A stretch of 63,757 nucleotides of DNA, filler included, from Octopus bimaculoides (GCF_001194135.2; 5 parts of 5 records of this genome joined end to end with filler, not necessarily neighbours in it); one strand, 5' to 3'. Positions 11,505 to 24,093 are shown, numbered from the whole stretch's first letter. The notes: a model not told the origin generated them from the sequence alone. Program-made: numbers and translations.

Positions 11505-11740
11505 CCCGGTTAGACCGGAAGTGACTTCACACGGAAGTATCTGACTGGTTTCATAGATATTCCGACTGACAAGTAATTTTTATCGAATCCTGATATTTCA
11601 GAAGACCTAAGTGTAATATCTCTTACTCTGACCGTGATACTGAGACTTGCATATCCTTACAAGCACAAGAGCTATACTGGTGCGCTTTTTATGCCTGGTA
11701 AGTCTAACAAAGTCGGACCCTGTAAAGGATCGTAAGTACT
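11505..11740 (+). promoter_or_regulatory. Candidate promoter or first exon with tandem ETS-type sites
   Basis: ccggaagtg (11515-11523) and acggaagt (11531-11538), followed by donors cctg|gtaagt (about 11697) and gatc|gtaagt (about 11733). Confidence 0.3.
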
Positions 11741-11984
11741 GCTCTTCTTTACCAACAAAAATGGTTAAAAAGTAATCTTGCAACATTTTGACTATTACAG
11801 TAAAACTATAAAAGATATGTGTACGAAGAAGGAAAGAAATCTACTCTTTAAAAGATGTTCAAAGGGAGATAACTCATGATATTCCCTCTGTAGTTGCTCT
11901 TTACTTCTGCGTCATTTCGCTAGCTATGAATTGATAATTGCTATTTTAATCTTTATAATACAAGCACAATGTAAAGGTTCGTGG

Positions 11985-12200
11985 TGCACTAAACAGAGTT
12001 CCAGTGGCTAACGTAATGCCATGGGTTCAATCTCTGGATCGAGTGGTGAGTTGTATCCTTGAACAAAGCACTTCTTTTCACGTTATTGCAGTTTACTCGG
12101 ATGTTTACTAGCCGAGTGTTGGTGCAGCCAGACGTCACATCCTGGGTGTGCCGCTGAGTCGGAAAGTGAGAGAGCCAATAGTGTATCTGTCTACTCAAGA
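11985..12200 (+). mobile_element. tRNA-headed SINE, family C-related, diverged
   Basis: agtggctaacgtaatg...gggttcaatctctgg...gttgtatccttgaacaaagcacttcttttcacgtt resembles the head of the 58175 copy. Confidence 0.6.
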
Positions 12201-12299
12201 CTTCATAAGCCCCTAAAATATTTAACGAAAGTGTCGAACAGGTTACCAGGCCATAATCGTTCGCGAGTGACGGGTGGATCTAATAATCCTTATTATTGA

Positions 12300-12720
12300 C
12301 ATGAGGTCAGTAATTTTCTTTCTGGGGAGGGGGCAAGTCGATTACGTTGACCCTCACTGCTCAACTAGTACTTCTTTCATCGACCCTGAAATAATAAAAG
12401 GCAAAGTCGACCTCGACAGAATTTGAAATCCGAACCTAAAGCCGGACGATTTACCGCTAAGCATTTTGTCTGACGTGGTAACGAGTCTTCTAGCTCACCA
12501 ACCTTGGGTGGTACTAACAATACAAGCACAAGGTTTGGGAGTGTGTAGTTAAGAGTTGCTGACTAAATCAACCTCATTATTTGACTGGTATTTTATCTTA
12601 TGGACTCAAAAGGACGAGATTTAAACTCAGAAAGTAAAGAGCCGGAACAAACAGAGCAAGGCGGTTTTTTTTTCCGATGCCGTAACGATTCTGGTCATAA
12701 CTAACGATTCTGCCATTCAA
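12300..12720 (-). mobile_element. Two adjacent SINE family A copies (about 12300-12505 and 12525-12720)
   Basis: Reverse-complement matches: ggcaaagtcgacctcgacagaatttgaaatc and gagatttaaactcagaaagtaaag. Confidence 0.78.
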
Positions 12721-13009
12721 AATAATAATAATGATAATAATAAATATTTCGTGTATTAGCTACAAGGATCCAAGATGTTGAGTTCAGTACAGTGGCGAAA
12801 AAGACACAATGGAGGTTTATATGGAGTAAAAAAAAAATGGGCGAAATCAACAAAAAGAATGTCAATAAATATTAATAAAATACCAACAAAATTATCACAA
12901 ATGATGAGGACAACCCGTTGTAATTTGAAGAAAAACTCCAGACCAAAGACCCAAATTATACTACCACACCTAAATCGCCAAAGTTTTCTCTCCCATATTC
13001 TTAAATCCA

Positions 13010-13197
13010 GGTAATTCGGGGGAGAGCGATAGTCGATTACGTCAACTCCAGTACTCCACTGGCACCTATTTTATCGACCCGAAAGGATAAAAGGCAAAGT
13101 CGGCCTCGGCAGAATTTGAACTCAGAACCTAAAGACGGATGAAATGCCGCTAAGCATTTTGTCCGGTGTACTAACGATTCTGCCAGCTAACCGCGTT
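13010..13197 (-). mobile_element. SINE family A
   Basis: aaaggcaaagtcggcctcggcagaatttgaactcagaac...ctaacgattctgccagc. Confidence 0.9.
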
Positions 13198-13389
13198 AAT
13201 GACAATACTAATAATGCTAAAATATATTTTTAACACGCTGTTGTCTTTGCTTTCAGAAAAAATATGTTAGCAAAACAACTTTTTGGTCGGAAAAGCTTGT
13301 AATGATAAACTCACCCTCGAACCTACATTCTCATGAGGTTGGCACCTTTGCCGGATTTTCAAGATATTTTAGGCTGAACGTACAAGACT

Positions 13390-13578
13390 CGTTCCTGAAC
13401 GGAAGTCAGTCTTTCGCCACGTTAAGTGCTACGGATACTTATTTCCAGTGGAGTATACAGAAGTAACATGAAATGAAGTGCCTTAGACAGGGACACAACG
13501 CACCGGCCCATTCGAGAATCGACCCCTCAACTTAATGACCGAAGCCAACGCCCTAGCCACTAAGCCACGTGTCTTCAC
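13390..13578 (-). mobile_element. SINE family C
   Basis: Reverse complement begins gtgaagacacgtggcttagtggctagggcgttggc, matching the start of the 58175 copy. Confidence 0.75.
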
Positions 13579-13971
13579 ACTATTATAAACTAACTATATT
13601 ATTAGCGATAATCCTGCGTAGCTCAGTGCTCAAAATGACTTGCGTTCTCTTCCTACGCTTGAACAACACACAGCTAAGTCCCTCTAAATCAATTTCCAAT
13701 GATTTCTCATGTCGATGTTGCATATATTAGACAGCACATGCCCCTAAACTAGTCTCCCTCTACTGCTAAATATATATATATACTTCAAATCTGATCAAAG
13801 TTTAACCATCGATAAACTTGATATAGCTCACACGTTGGAACTCACCTCTCACATTTGGGAAGGATCTGAAGTTGCATACACAAAAATCAGAGGTCACATT
13901 TGAAAAAGATTTATTCAGTTGATTGACAAACACTTGCCAGTTCACAACAAACACTGGCTTAAAAGAAGCAC

Positions 13972-14006
<35 letters not shown>

Positions 14007-14549
14007 CAATGACCTCTGTCCCCTCTAAGCTTGTAGTCTACAAAGAACGTCGACCCAAGCATATTTATCAGTCTCCTTGTCACCATTTTTATTGTGTAAC
14101 ATCTTGACTACGTAATAAAACACTTTTGCAATCATTATTTACACTTTTATCCATCTGCAAGCATCGACCTATAAAAATTCAATCAGGCAAGATTTGAAAT
14201 CGAAGAAAACTGGGCAGTGNNNNNNNNNNAAAACACTTTTGCAATCATTATTTACACTTTTATCCATCTGCAAGCATCGACCTATAAAAATTCAATCAGG
14301 CAAGATTTGAAATCGAAGAAAACTGGGCAGTGGGGGTCTGTCTCAACCTTAAAAGATATTCTGTACTTTAACTGTTTTTTCGCGTTGTGGACTGCGGCCA
14401 TGTTATAGCAGTGCCTTCAAGAATTAATGATGATCGCATTGGCCTTATAGTTAATTACTTATGTTACTTATCGTAGCAGTATTAACTATTAGTCCAATCC
14501 CTAATTTACTGAGCATAAGCAAAATGAATCGGTTTTATACTTCTGTGCT

Positions 14550-14619
14550 TTTTAGCGATATACGTCCACATGAGATACTATCTCGAGAAAACTACCGCGG
14601 TTTTCTACATCCCCGTTAA
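14550..14619 (+). promoter_or_regulatory. Candidate first exon or TSS region of a plus-strand transcript
   Basis: Local CpG cluster (tctcgaga, taccgcgg), ATG at 14570 open to the donor ttaa|gtaaga, about 1.2 kb upstream of the CpG-depleted domain. Confidence 0.3.
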
Positions 14620-15019
14620 GTAAGAATGCTATTTTGAACTAATACCGCTTCTGTCATTAACTTATTAGTGCCCAAATTTTTAATTTAATTTATTACCAAA
14701 AATCTTTTTTTTTTTATACAACTTTATCTGATACTAATTATATTTAAAAAAAAATTTATTACAATGTTTGAAAAACACTCCAGTCTTGATGACTAACTAA
14801 AGATATCTCAGAAAAATACAAGTGTCGCAGAAATATAAGGGATTATTCTTCTGATCCTAAAAACAGCATTATGGGCGCTAATGGATTAATAGTGTGTGTG
14901 TGTGTGGCAAAATACATTGAGAAAATGCTGAGACCGAAAGCATTTTAACGGATAGAATAACTGCATCTAGAGGATCGTAACCAAATTCATTACGCCACAC
15001 AAATTCAGATATAATTTTT

Positions 15020-15385
15020 TTATCTTTTATTTGTTTGTCATTAGACTGCGACCAAGCTGGAGCACAAACTAGAAGTTTAGTTGAACGAATCGAACCAACG
15101 ACTTACTTTTTTGTAAGCCTGGTAACTTATTCTCTCGATGATCTTAGCCGAACCGCTATTTAATGGAAACATACATACACAAACACCGGTTGTCAAGCGG
15201 TGATAGAAGATACACACACACACCGGTCGGGCTTCTTTCAGTTTCCGTCTACTAAATCCACTTAAGGCTTTGGATGGTCCGAGACTTTAGCAGAAGGAAG
15301 TTGCCCCAGGTGTCACGCAGTGGGACTGAACCCGGAACCATTTGACTGGGAAGCAAACTTCTCACCACACAGCCACACCTGCATT
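15020..15385 (-). mobile_element. SINE family B, CpGs largely retained
   Basis: Reverse complement of tail through head (gactgcgaccaagctggagcac ... gggactgaacccggaacc ... ccacacagccacacctgc). Confidence 0.88.
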
Positions 15386-15964
15386 TCCACACAGCCACCA
15401 CATATGCATTTACATTCTAAAGTCAATATTTTATGGTGTAACCACGGCCATAAAAACATTTATTTGCACGCTAATGACGAAGTGTAGTCATTGATGCTGC
15501 TTTTAGTTCTTTTAGCACTTAAAAAAAAGAAAGAAAACTGTGACTTTGAATGAGTGTGAGAAAGCAATAGCAATTATTAATCGTAAAGAAAAAATAATTC
15601 ACGTATGCATAGTGCAAGGTAGATAACTATAAAGAAAATTTACTAAATTATCTCCCTTAGATAAAATAGGTGATGCATATCGCTGCTGACTGATTTTTTT
15701 GATAAATATACGTAGCTTTGACATGAAAACAAATTACATGTAATACTTGTAGATGCAAGCAGAGAAATGACCGATTAGATCCCATCTTAACCAGATTCCA
15801 GGTTCAATCCCCTTACACAGCTCCTTGGGCAAGTGTTGATAGTTGTTTTAAGAGGGATTTAGTGTTGGTGGTGAATGCAGACTGTACTAAATCCCATTTT
15901 GTGTGGAAGGAGTGGGGACGTTAAGAAGGTGTGTGTATGTGTGAGCTGAGAGTATTTTGTTGGT

Positions 15965-16330
15965 TTTTTATCCTTTTGTTTCAGGCATTAGACTGCGGCC
16001 ATGCTGGGGCACTGTCTTGAAGAAATTTTAGTTGAATAAATCAACCCTTGTACTTAATTTTGTTAAGCCTGTTACGTATTCTGTTAGCTTCTTTTGCCAA
16101 ATTGCTTAGTTACAAGGATATAATCCCCAACACTGATTGTCAAGTGGTAGTCGTATAACATACACACACAACGGGCTTGTTTCAGTTGACCAAATCCATG
16201 CAAAAGGTTTTGGTCAGCTCAATACTATTATAGAGAACCTTTGCCCAAGATTCCACACTATGGGACTAAACCCAGAATCATATGGTTGGGAAACAAACGT
16301 CTTACCACACAGCCACACCTGTGCCTAGAT
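15965..16330 (-). mobile_element. SINE family B, CpG-decayed
   Basis: Same layout as the 15020 copy, but nearly all CG positions read CA, TG or TA. Confidence 0.85.
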
Positions 16331-16799
16331 GTAAAAGAAACAGTAATTTAACCAGCCAATAACAAAAAGAGAAAGACTGGGTTTTTTTTTTTTTTTTTTT
16401 TTTGGAGTGGGGTTTCAGATGCTAATCTGAAATAAGCAAGGAGGTTCAATTTAATTGATTGAATCATTCTGAAGGTGATATCCCAGCATGACCGCAGTCC
16501 TGTGACTGCATCCAATGAAAGGCTAAATGAATATGTGTTATTTTACTGAACTGGTAGACGACCGTTGAGCATTGAACTAAGTATTTTGTTGCTAGTTTAA
16601 TAGGTGCTTGATGGTTGGTATTGAGTTTAGCTGTGTGCTGTCCCATAAACAAACCAATTGTGAACATAGTTGAAGTATTTTATCAGAGTAATTACAACAT
16701 TTACATAATTACATCAACATTTGCCAGTAGCATAATGTAGTGTGCTTGAGAGAAGTTGTAATTAAAACTATTAACAAATGAAGATTATCTTTGTGTCAG

Positions 16800-16916
16800 G
16801 GGTGAATATGATACTGTCCATCCAAGTCAAAGAATTCCTTTTAACTCTGAGACTGAAGAACAGCCAAGGAAAGCTTACAAAGTATGCTGCTCTCCCTGGT
16901 TTACTTTTGGCAAGAG
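16800..16916 (+). CDS. Putative internal exon (117 nt), product unknown
   Basis: Acceptor attatctttgtgtcag| and donor AG|gtgagt. Two open frames: VNMILSIQVKEFLLTLRLKNSQGKLTKYAALPGLLLAR (phase 1-1) and GEYDTVHPSQRIPFNSETEEQPRKAYKVCCSPWFTFGK (phase 2-2). Confidence 0.45.
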
Positions 16917-17819
16917 GTGAGTATTTGTGTTCTCCAGTGGCTTCCTCAATCTCTGTACTGATTCTGGCATGCTTTTGCTTTTATAACCCCCCACACTTTG
17001 CATGGGAAAACATAGAACATTTTATGATGTGGGGAGATATTTTTACAAGCTGGTTGGTTGGTAATCAGGACATACCACCTGATTCATCTGTGGACCAGAC
17101 CCAGCTATCAGGGCTGTGAGGTTTTGATTCTAGAAGTCACCATACTTTCATTGTATTACTAATCTAAATCAAATTTTTCAGTGGAATTCTATAAGCTCGA
17201 TCAGACAATCCATCAAAATCTATAACTTAGTAAGGCCAAAGATATCACAGCAAGAGACTCAACCTCCTTTCCCCATTTCTCCCCCATCTTTTCAAGTCGT
17301 TTACCAACTTCCTGATTTCCATCAACTTTGTCTTTGTCCACTTCCTTGTTATTGCTCATTCGCTCCCTCCATGGTCTTTATGTTGTTATTCAGGATATAC
17401 ACATGCTTGAAGGTGTTCACTAGTGATAGAGCATCAATGTATTGTGTTACACGACAAGCCATTTCCTTTTACATCTTTTGAAAATTGACTGAATTGCAGT
17501 CTCCCCATCAATTTCCTTCTAACACCATTTATTTGTTTGTTGTGTCAAATGCAAATTACCTTTGTGTAATCTTTCATTTCAAAACTCATAAAAAGCAGTT
17601 GAAATAATTATTTACTGTTAAATGACTTTTTTATTATTATTATAACTTCTTTCTCTCTCTCTCTTTCTCTTGCTCATTCTGTGTGTTGAGCATGCACTTT
17701 CGATTTTCATTGCTGTCTTTGACTTACTACCACTTTCATTCTGTAGGGTTGGTGTGGCCTACTTGATGATATTATAGCATTGATGTGGCCTTCCACATCA
17801 ACCCTACACTACCATTCTA

Positions 17820-17940
17820 AACATTAACACTCACCATATCAAAATCTCAAAGCTACAAGATAATGCATAATTAATTTGTAACAATGTGAATAAATAAGCA
17901 TTACATTAGACACAGTAACCTGAATGCTAAAGGGCTCAGT
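17820..17940. repeat. Fragment of a probable MITE-like interspersed repeat
   Basis: caaaatctcaaagctacaagataatgcat...ctgaatgctaaagggc; the end resembles a TTAA-CCCT-type terminus (from memory, not verified). Confidence 0.4.
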
Positions 17941-18404
17941 CAGTAAAACATATCTCAAAACCTTACCTGATTGGCTTATTTAACTGCTTATATAGTTGTT
18001 TTTATACTTATTACTCCCTCTTTTAACAATTCTGCATCTACATATCTGTTCCAGGTGATTTACTACATTTTAGTTTCCCTAATTGCTTGTGTAACATATT
18101 CCAACTCAGTGATCTCTGGTTGTTGCTGTATATTAAAGGGAAATTCATTTCTGAATTGTCTTAATGTTATTTTTTACTTCTAATTTGTTGCTATTAATTT
18201 CCATGCATAATTATTCCTTCTGCCAATCAGTTACTTCATTTGCTTTGATTAGTGATGTTGCTGTAGTTATTATTCAACACTCTGACATTAAGGCAGTTAT
18301 TTTTTAGTTAGATCTTTAACCATTTTACTTGCTTCCAGTTATTTGCTCTTTGATTTCTCCCTTTTCCTTTATGTATCTCTTTAATCTGTGTATATTTTGC
18401 TACA

Positions 18405-18590
18405 TTATCTTTTACTTGTTTCATTCATAGGACTGCAACCATGCTGAGACACCACTTTGAAGGGTTTAGTCAAACAAATCAACTCTAGTCTTTTTTTTTT
18501 TTAAGTTTGGTAGTTATTCTTTTGAACTGCTATGCTATGGGGATAAAAACAAACTAAAACAAGTTGTCAAGCAATGGCTAAGAGATAAAC
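18405..18590 (-). mobile_element. SINE family B, 3' half, CpG-decayed
   Basis: ttttacttgtttcattcataggactgcaaccatgctgagacaccactttgaagg. Confidence 0.8.
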
Positions 18591-19625
18591 ACAGCCACTC
18601 ATTATTCTTTTAACCTTCTATTAATTCTTGAACATTCTCATCTTGTGACAACAAAGATGAGGATTTCTCTTGGTTTATTTCTTTAAATTCTGCTAAGACT
18701 TTAAAATTTTCTCATGATTATGTTGTATCCTTACATTTTAGTTCTTGCTGGCTTAAGTTTAATATTATCATTATTAAAGGTTTAAAATAGCTTCATCTAT
18801 CTGCATCTAAAAAACTCAAGTTTTCACCCACTTACAGTTTATTGATTATTCTTTTAACAGCATGGTATAAAATCTCCCTTGGTTTTACTATGAAATCTTG
18901 CATACCATTATATAATATACATTGCATGTTCACTCATGGAAATAATACAAGTAACAAACTTTAAAAATAACAGCAAGACTTCTTTCCTCTGTTAAATAGT
19001 ACAGTGGACCAAATAAAACATGACAAATGCCGTTGGTTGAACAGGTCATCCATCATTTGGATACTTCAGCTCAGGCCATCATTGATTACATGTGTTCCCT
19101 TATATTATATTATATTATATTATATAAATGTGTTCCATTATATTAATTTTGTTCTGATAAATAACAGCAGGAAAATCACTCACCTCTCTCCTCACATGTG
19201 ATTTGTTACACCTATTTATAGGAAGAAGGTAGGCTCCAGTGCACATTCAGATTAGTTGTTTGAGAATGTATTACATGCAACCTGATTGGATCTTAAATCT
19301 ATATCCCATGCAATACTCGACCAATCAAAGCACAGGACTCAACCAATGTTCAAAACTCACATAAGTGAGACAACCGATCATTACAGATCAACATACTGAG
19401 CCTATAAAAGGCTGATGGTCTTCAATATTCCACAACAGAAATTAATCCTGCAACAATTTCTTTTATCTGTTTGTTAGGAGGGTAAGCAGGGCTTGTTACA
19501 TTTTACAGGGCATGAGAGGGAGGAAACTCTGTCTGAATGCTCACACTAGTAGATACAGTTAAAGGCGCCCAATATACTCCATTTCCATTTTTTTTTTTTT
19601 TTCTTTCCTTTAACAATTTTGTCAG

Positions 19626-19765
19626 GATGCAAACAACAGTGCAGATGCCCTTCTTCTATCGGGTCTGTGGGACTGATGGTAGGTAATGTAGAAGCTGCCC
19701 CCAAACTGGAAAACTGCTTTGAAAAAGACCTAGAGCAAAATGAATTCCTCTCAAAGCACCTAAAG
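19626..19765 (+). CDS. Putative internal exon (140 nt), product unknown
   Basis: About 35-nt polypyrimidine tract ending tgtcag| and donor AAG|gtaagg. Only phase 1 is open throughout: CKQQCRCPSSIGSVGLMVGNVEAAPKLENCFEKDLEQNEFLSKHLK, compatible with the phase-1 end of 16800-16916. Confidence 0.5.
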
Positions 19766-19934
19766 GTAAGGTGGCAGATGAATTCCATCATCTAAAACAG
19801 ATAAATTCCATCATTTAAACTCTTTGAACAGAAAAGATTTAGGATAAATAATTATATTGTATCATCTCATCCATGATATAAGAGATTCCACAAAGTCACT
19901 CTTGACAAATTTCACTCAAAATATATATATACAT

Positions 19935-20105
19935 GCACACATACACACTATGGGTTCTTTGTTTTTGTCTAATAAATTTACTTACAAAGCATTGGTCAAG
20001 CTAAATCTATGAAAGAGAACACTCACGCAAAGTGCCAGACAGTGTGATTGAACCGAATACTGCATGTTTGGGAAGTGATCTTCTTAACCTCAAAGCCATG
20101 CCTGA
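19935..20105 (-). mobile_element. SINE family B head fragment, decayed
   Basis: aaagtgccagacagtgtgattgaaccgaatactgcatgtttgggaagtgatcttcttaacc. Confidence 0.6.
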
Positions 20106-21128
20106 GTTTATTATATCTGAAATATATCAGGAATGCAAAACAATACAAACAAAAAGCTCAAAGAAATTGACTTGTTCTATAAGAACAAAACAGTTCAATT
20201 TTGTAAGTTGTAGCTCTTCATCAAGATACAGAATAGTTGAATGCAGCTTTTTAGTGCATTTGGGCTATAGCCTTTTCTCAAGAAATACAATATAAAAAGT
20301 AATGTCAGATAATGGTCAATTGAAGTAAAAGAGCGGAAAGGATGTTCAAGTCAAAGGAGATAATGAGCAAAAGCTCTGATGTACATGTACGTGCCTTCTT
20401 TTGTGTACATGTACATGTGTAGATATGTGTGTATATGTGTACATATATACGTGCACAAATGCGTTTTTGAGAATATGTTCTTTACAAGTGTATGCAGCTA
20501 TGTACGTAACTTCCAAAGAAGTGCTTTGAAGTTTAGCATGGGAGATAAAATGGAGAAGTCCATAGAAATTCTGGTTTAATCTAAAACTAAAATCTGCACC
20601 ATGTAGAACAGTTTGGATTTTTATGAGGATGTCAAATCATAAATGTCACATCTTTGATGAGACATCTGTGAAGAAAAACCTTTGACAAACTACAAATGAC
20701 TGCCTATGCTTGGATACATTTCACCTGCAACACATGGAACTCTTTCATCTCCTTCCAATACTTTTCCTCCTAATAACTACATTAGTTTTAATCTATCATA
20801 AGACTTGAATGTATGTTTTTGTTGTTTTTTAACTCTAGATAGCCCTGATTTAGTAAATCTATTATCAAAGCTATCCCACTAATGACCATTTGATATTATT
20901 TTCAAAGAATAGCTTATTGTTATTGAATATGATCTGCTTTTCTAATGATTTTTTCTTCAATTGGCAACAACCATGATGTTTTTTTTACCCCCACAACTCT
21001 AGGAATCTTTGACTGCACTCCATTAGGTAGTTCCTTAGTTTTATATTGTGTATCTCTGACAATAACATCAATATAGTTAAGCGGTCTTCATCCTCTATTA
21101 AGGTGTGAAAAATTAAAAAAATAAAACA

Positions 21129-21300
21129 TCATGGCTATGTGGCAAGAAGCTTGCTTCCCAACCACATGGATCTGGGTTCAGCCCAACTGCATGGCACCTT
21201 GAGCAAGTGTCTTCTATGTGTGACTGGATTTGGTAGACAGAAACTGAAACCCAGTCGTGTGTGTGTGTGTGTGTGTGTGTATACATATATATATCTATAT
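21129..21300 (+). mobile_element. SINE family B 5' half (interrupted by an RTE insertion)
   Basis: atggctatgtggcaagaagcttgcttcccaaccacatgg...ggcaccttgagcaagtgtcttc, ending in the internal TG/TA tract. Confidence 0.85.
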
Positions 21301-21311
21301 ATATATATATA

Positions 21312-22885
21312 TCGTCATCATCGTTTTATGTCCATCTTCCATGCATGCATGGGTAGGATGGTTGACAGGAGCTGGCCAGGTAGAAGACTACCCCAAGCTA
21401 CTATGTCTGTTTTGGCCGGGTTTTTACAGTTGGATGCCCTTCTTAACACCAACTATTCAGCAGAGTGAACTCAGTGCTTTCTACATAGCACTGGCACAGG
21501 TGAGGTTAGTTTTGGCATTATTTTTACTGCTGCATGCCTTTCCAAATGCCAACCACTTTACAGTGTGAACTGGATACTTTTAAATGGCTCCAACACTGGC
21601 AGATTCACTAAGTAACTCGTAAAGCAAGGAATTTTGAGAGAGGCAGGGGCATTTGAAGAAGGGAACTTGTGTCAGAGGGTGAAAGGTTAGAGTGTGACAG
21701 AGACAGCCAGACAGAAACTGGTGTCTTGCTATAAAAGAGGGAGCATTGTAGGAGGTGAGCTGGTATCAGCTGATGAAAGGTTAGAGTGAGACAGAGGCAA
21801 AACTAGATGTCTTGTTATAGAGGAGGTACATGATTAACCAGAGGGAGTGATAAGAGGGACAGGGTGAGGGAAGGAGAGACAGGGTGAGGGAAGGAGAGAG
21901 AAGTACAAGAAAGGACAGAAACAGGTGTGCTGATGTAAAGGAGATACTTAGTTACCCAGACAGAGGGCAAATAAGAGGAGAGAGAGAGAGAGAGAGATCA
22001 AGAATGAGGGAAGAAATAGGTGTGCTGTTGTGAAGGAAATACGTGGCTACTCAATCAGAGGGAAGAATAAGAGAAAGAGAGAGAGAGTAGGAAGCAGCAA
22101 AAGTATAAGAGAGAGCAGGAGAGAGATGGTGAAGTGCCAGGGTATGGTATACTCACAAGTAACAAGGATCAGAGCATAGATGGGAAGGTAGAGTAAGGAA
22201 GAGAGAAGTACAAAGGTCATAATATATGCAGTCAGGTATTGCCAAGAAGGTGCAAATAAGGAGTGGGGATCGCAGTGAGTGGCAAAAACCTGAGTCAAAA
22301 AATGGTGGGGAAGAAGCAGCAATACAGTGGGCAGAGCAGGAAAGGGAACTGGAAGACAATCGTAGTTTATGAAGAGGAAATGTGAAGAAGAGAAAAATGT
22401 AGTTTAGAAGAGATGTTGTTTGGTTTCTTGGGGTAGGTGTGTGAAAAGTTTGTTGTTACATGTGAGTGGGACACAACGCTTCTAACGTGGGTGGGTCTTC
22501 TCTAGAACCTCATATTGCCAAATATCTTGGTCCATTGTCATTTTCTGCCATGAGCCCCCAACATCCTAAGATCGGTCCTCACCACTTCCCCCCATGTCTT
22601 CCTGGGTCCCCCTCTTCTACAAGTACCATCCACTCTATGACAAGCACTTCTGCATACAACTGTCTTACTCATATGCATCACATGTCCAAACCAATGCATT
22701 CTTCTCTCCTGCATGCCACATCTAATCCCTCTTATGCCAAACTTTTCTCTCAACACAGTTGTGCTTTGTTGGCCATGCACACTAATGCTGCAAATCCAAT
22801 GGAACATACATACAACCTTCATTCCTCTCCAGTCTATGCATGTCCTTCACAACCAGAACCCATGTCTTACTACCATGTAATACAT
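21312..22885 (-). mobile_element. 5'-truncated RTE-clade LINE: ORF C-terminus, long internally repetitive 3' region, (GAT)n tail
   Basis: VLHGSKTW...RLERNE and RRMHWFGHVMHM...RGGPRKTWGEVVRTDL are RTE C-terminal motifs. The RTE-type terminal motif ggatgcccttc(c/t)taa(c/t)(a/g)ccaac occurs twice at 21.43-21.56 kb. Whether the purine-rich spacer belongs to the same element is inferred. Confidence 0.8.
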
Positions 22886-23115
22886 GTGTGTATTTGTACC
22901 TCACCACTACTTGACGACTAGTATTGGTTTATTTACATCCCTGTAACTTAGGAATTTGGCAAAAAAAAACTGTTAGAATAAGTACCAGGGGTCTCATAAA
23001 ACGAAAAAAAAATTAATCTTGGGGTCGATTTATTTGACTAGAACCCTTCAAGGTAGTGCCCTAGTATGGCCTCAATCAGATGACTGAAACTAGTAACAGA
23101 AAATATAATAAAAGA
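22885..23115 (+). mobile_element. SINE family B 3' half (continuation of 21129-21300)
   Basis: gtgtgtatttgtacctcaccactacttgac...ggggtcgatttatttgactag...tcagatgactgaaactagtaa. Confidence 0.85.
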
Positions 23116-23853
23116 TAGGATTTGTTGTTCAGTGTAATAACAGTGACTAGTAAAGTCTAAACTGCATTGCATTACAATAATAGAGATGGGTGGAATATGT
23201 CCATAAAACTCCACTTTTGTCTTATACTCATAACGTGAAATATTTTGAGCTTTTATGACAAGTGTTGTGTGCATAGCATCAAGGTGTACTTGAGGCTCTT
23301 CCTCATCATAGTCTGATGACAGAATGTGATAGTATGATTTAAGATTTGACTACTATTTCTTGCAGATCATGTAAACACAAAGAGGTTCCTTCATTGGTTT
23401 TAGTGCAGTTTCTATAATTTGTTTCTGTAATTTGGATTCTAGAAAGAATAGTTTGGCTGGGTGATAAATCTAAAATTTGAAGGATTATCAATTCAAGCTA
23501 TAAATGAAAAGTGTAATAATAGAAACCAAATTTTCATTATATTCTCTGAAAAATTATTGAATCGTTAATAGCCTCTGCTAAGAGATCTATAGCTTGAGGA
23601 ACTTGTTCATATTGTTTTGATTCGGTTTCATATTTGAAATGCTGTAACTTTAATATTTATGGGATTTGATTGTTTAGTTTGAGACTTGATGTGAAACATT
23701 TAGCTCGAGGCTTGAGTTGTTTGGTCTGAGACATTAAATTCAAGATGTTTCATTTGAGATGTTTGGTCTCCATTTAAAAAAAAAAATACTGGGAATGTGG
23801 TGCAGAAAAGTTGTTCATTACTCTGAGTGGGTCAAATCACAATATAGACATAC

Positions 23854-23896
23854 CTTAAATAAAATATAATTTGATGATTTTTAAAGGGAAGGACCA
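23854..23896 (-). other. Candidate 43-nt minus-strand exon
   Basis: Acceptor ttttgctgttgtattttgtctag| and donor taag|gtatgt; only phase 1 is open (VLPFKNHQIIFYL). Confidence 0.3.
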
Positions 23897-24093
23897 CTAG
23901 ACAAAATACAACAGCAAAAATGTTTACTTGCAAACTCCTTCACGTTAAACTAATGATGATTGTAATGACTGCAATCACACAGTAATTAAATAATAGAATG
24001 ATTGCAATGTAATCTTGCACATAACTTCCTATTGTTTAAAAATTTGGTTACATTGACTGTTACTAATACAGTTGATTTCATTTAATTGCATAG

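Noticed and set aside
14117-14332. Exact 103-bp direct repeat across a 10-N gap
   Set aside because: Identical copies directly flanking a minimal gap indicate unmerged contig overlap.
16808-16916. Loose resemblance of EFLLTL...KY...GLLLARG to the Ric-8 C-terminal region
   Set aside because: The conserved TGYGNAAG motif is absent and adjoining exons do not continue the similarity, so no gene symbol is assigned.
16917-24093. Search for intronic C/D-box snoRNAs or a SECIS in the putative plus-strand introns
   Set aside because: TGATGA motifs (about 17766, 20655, 23314, 23954) lack a suitably spaced CTGA with a terminal stem, and the 17742 hairpin lacks SECIS geometry.
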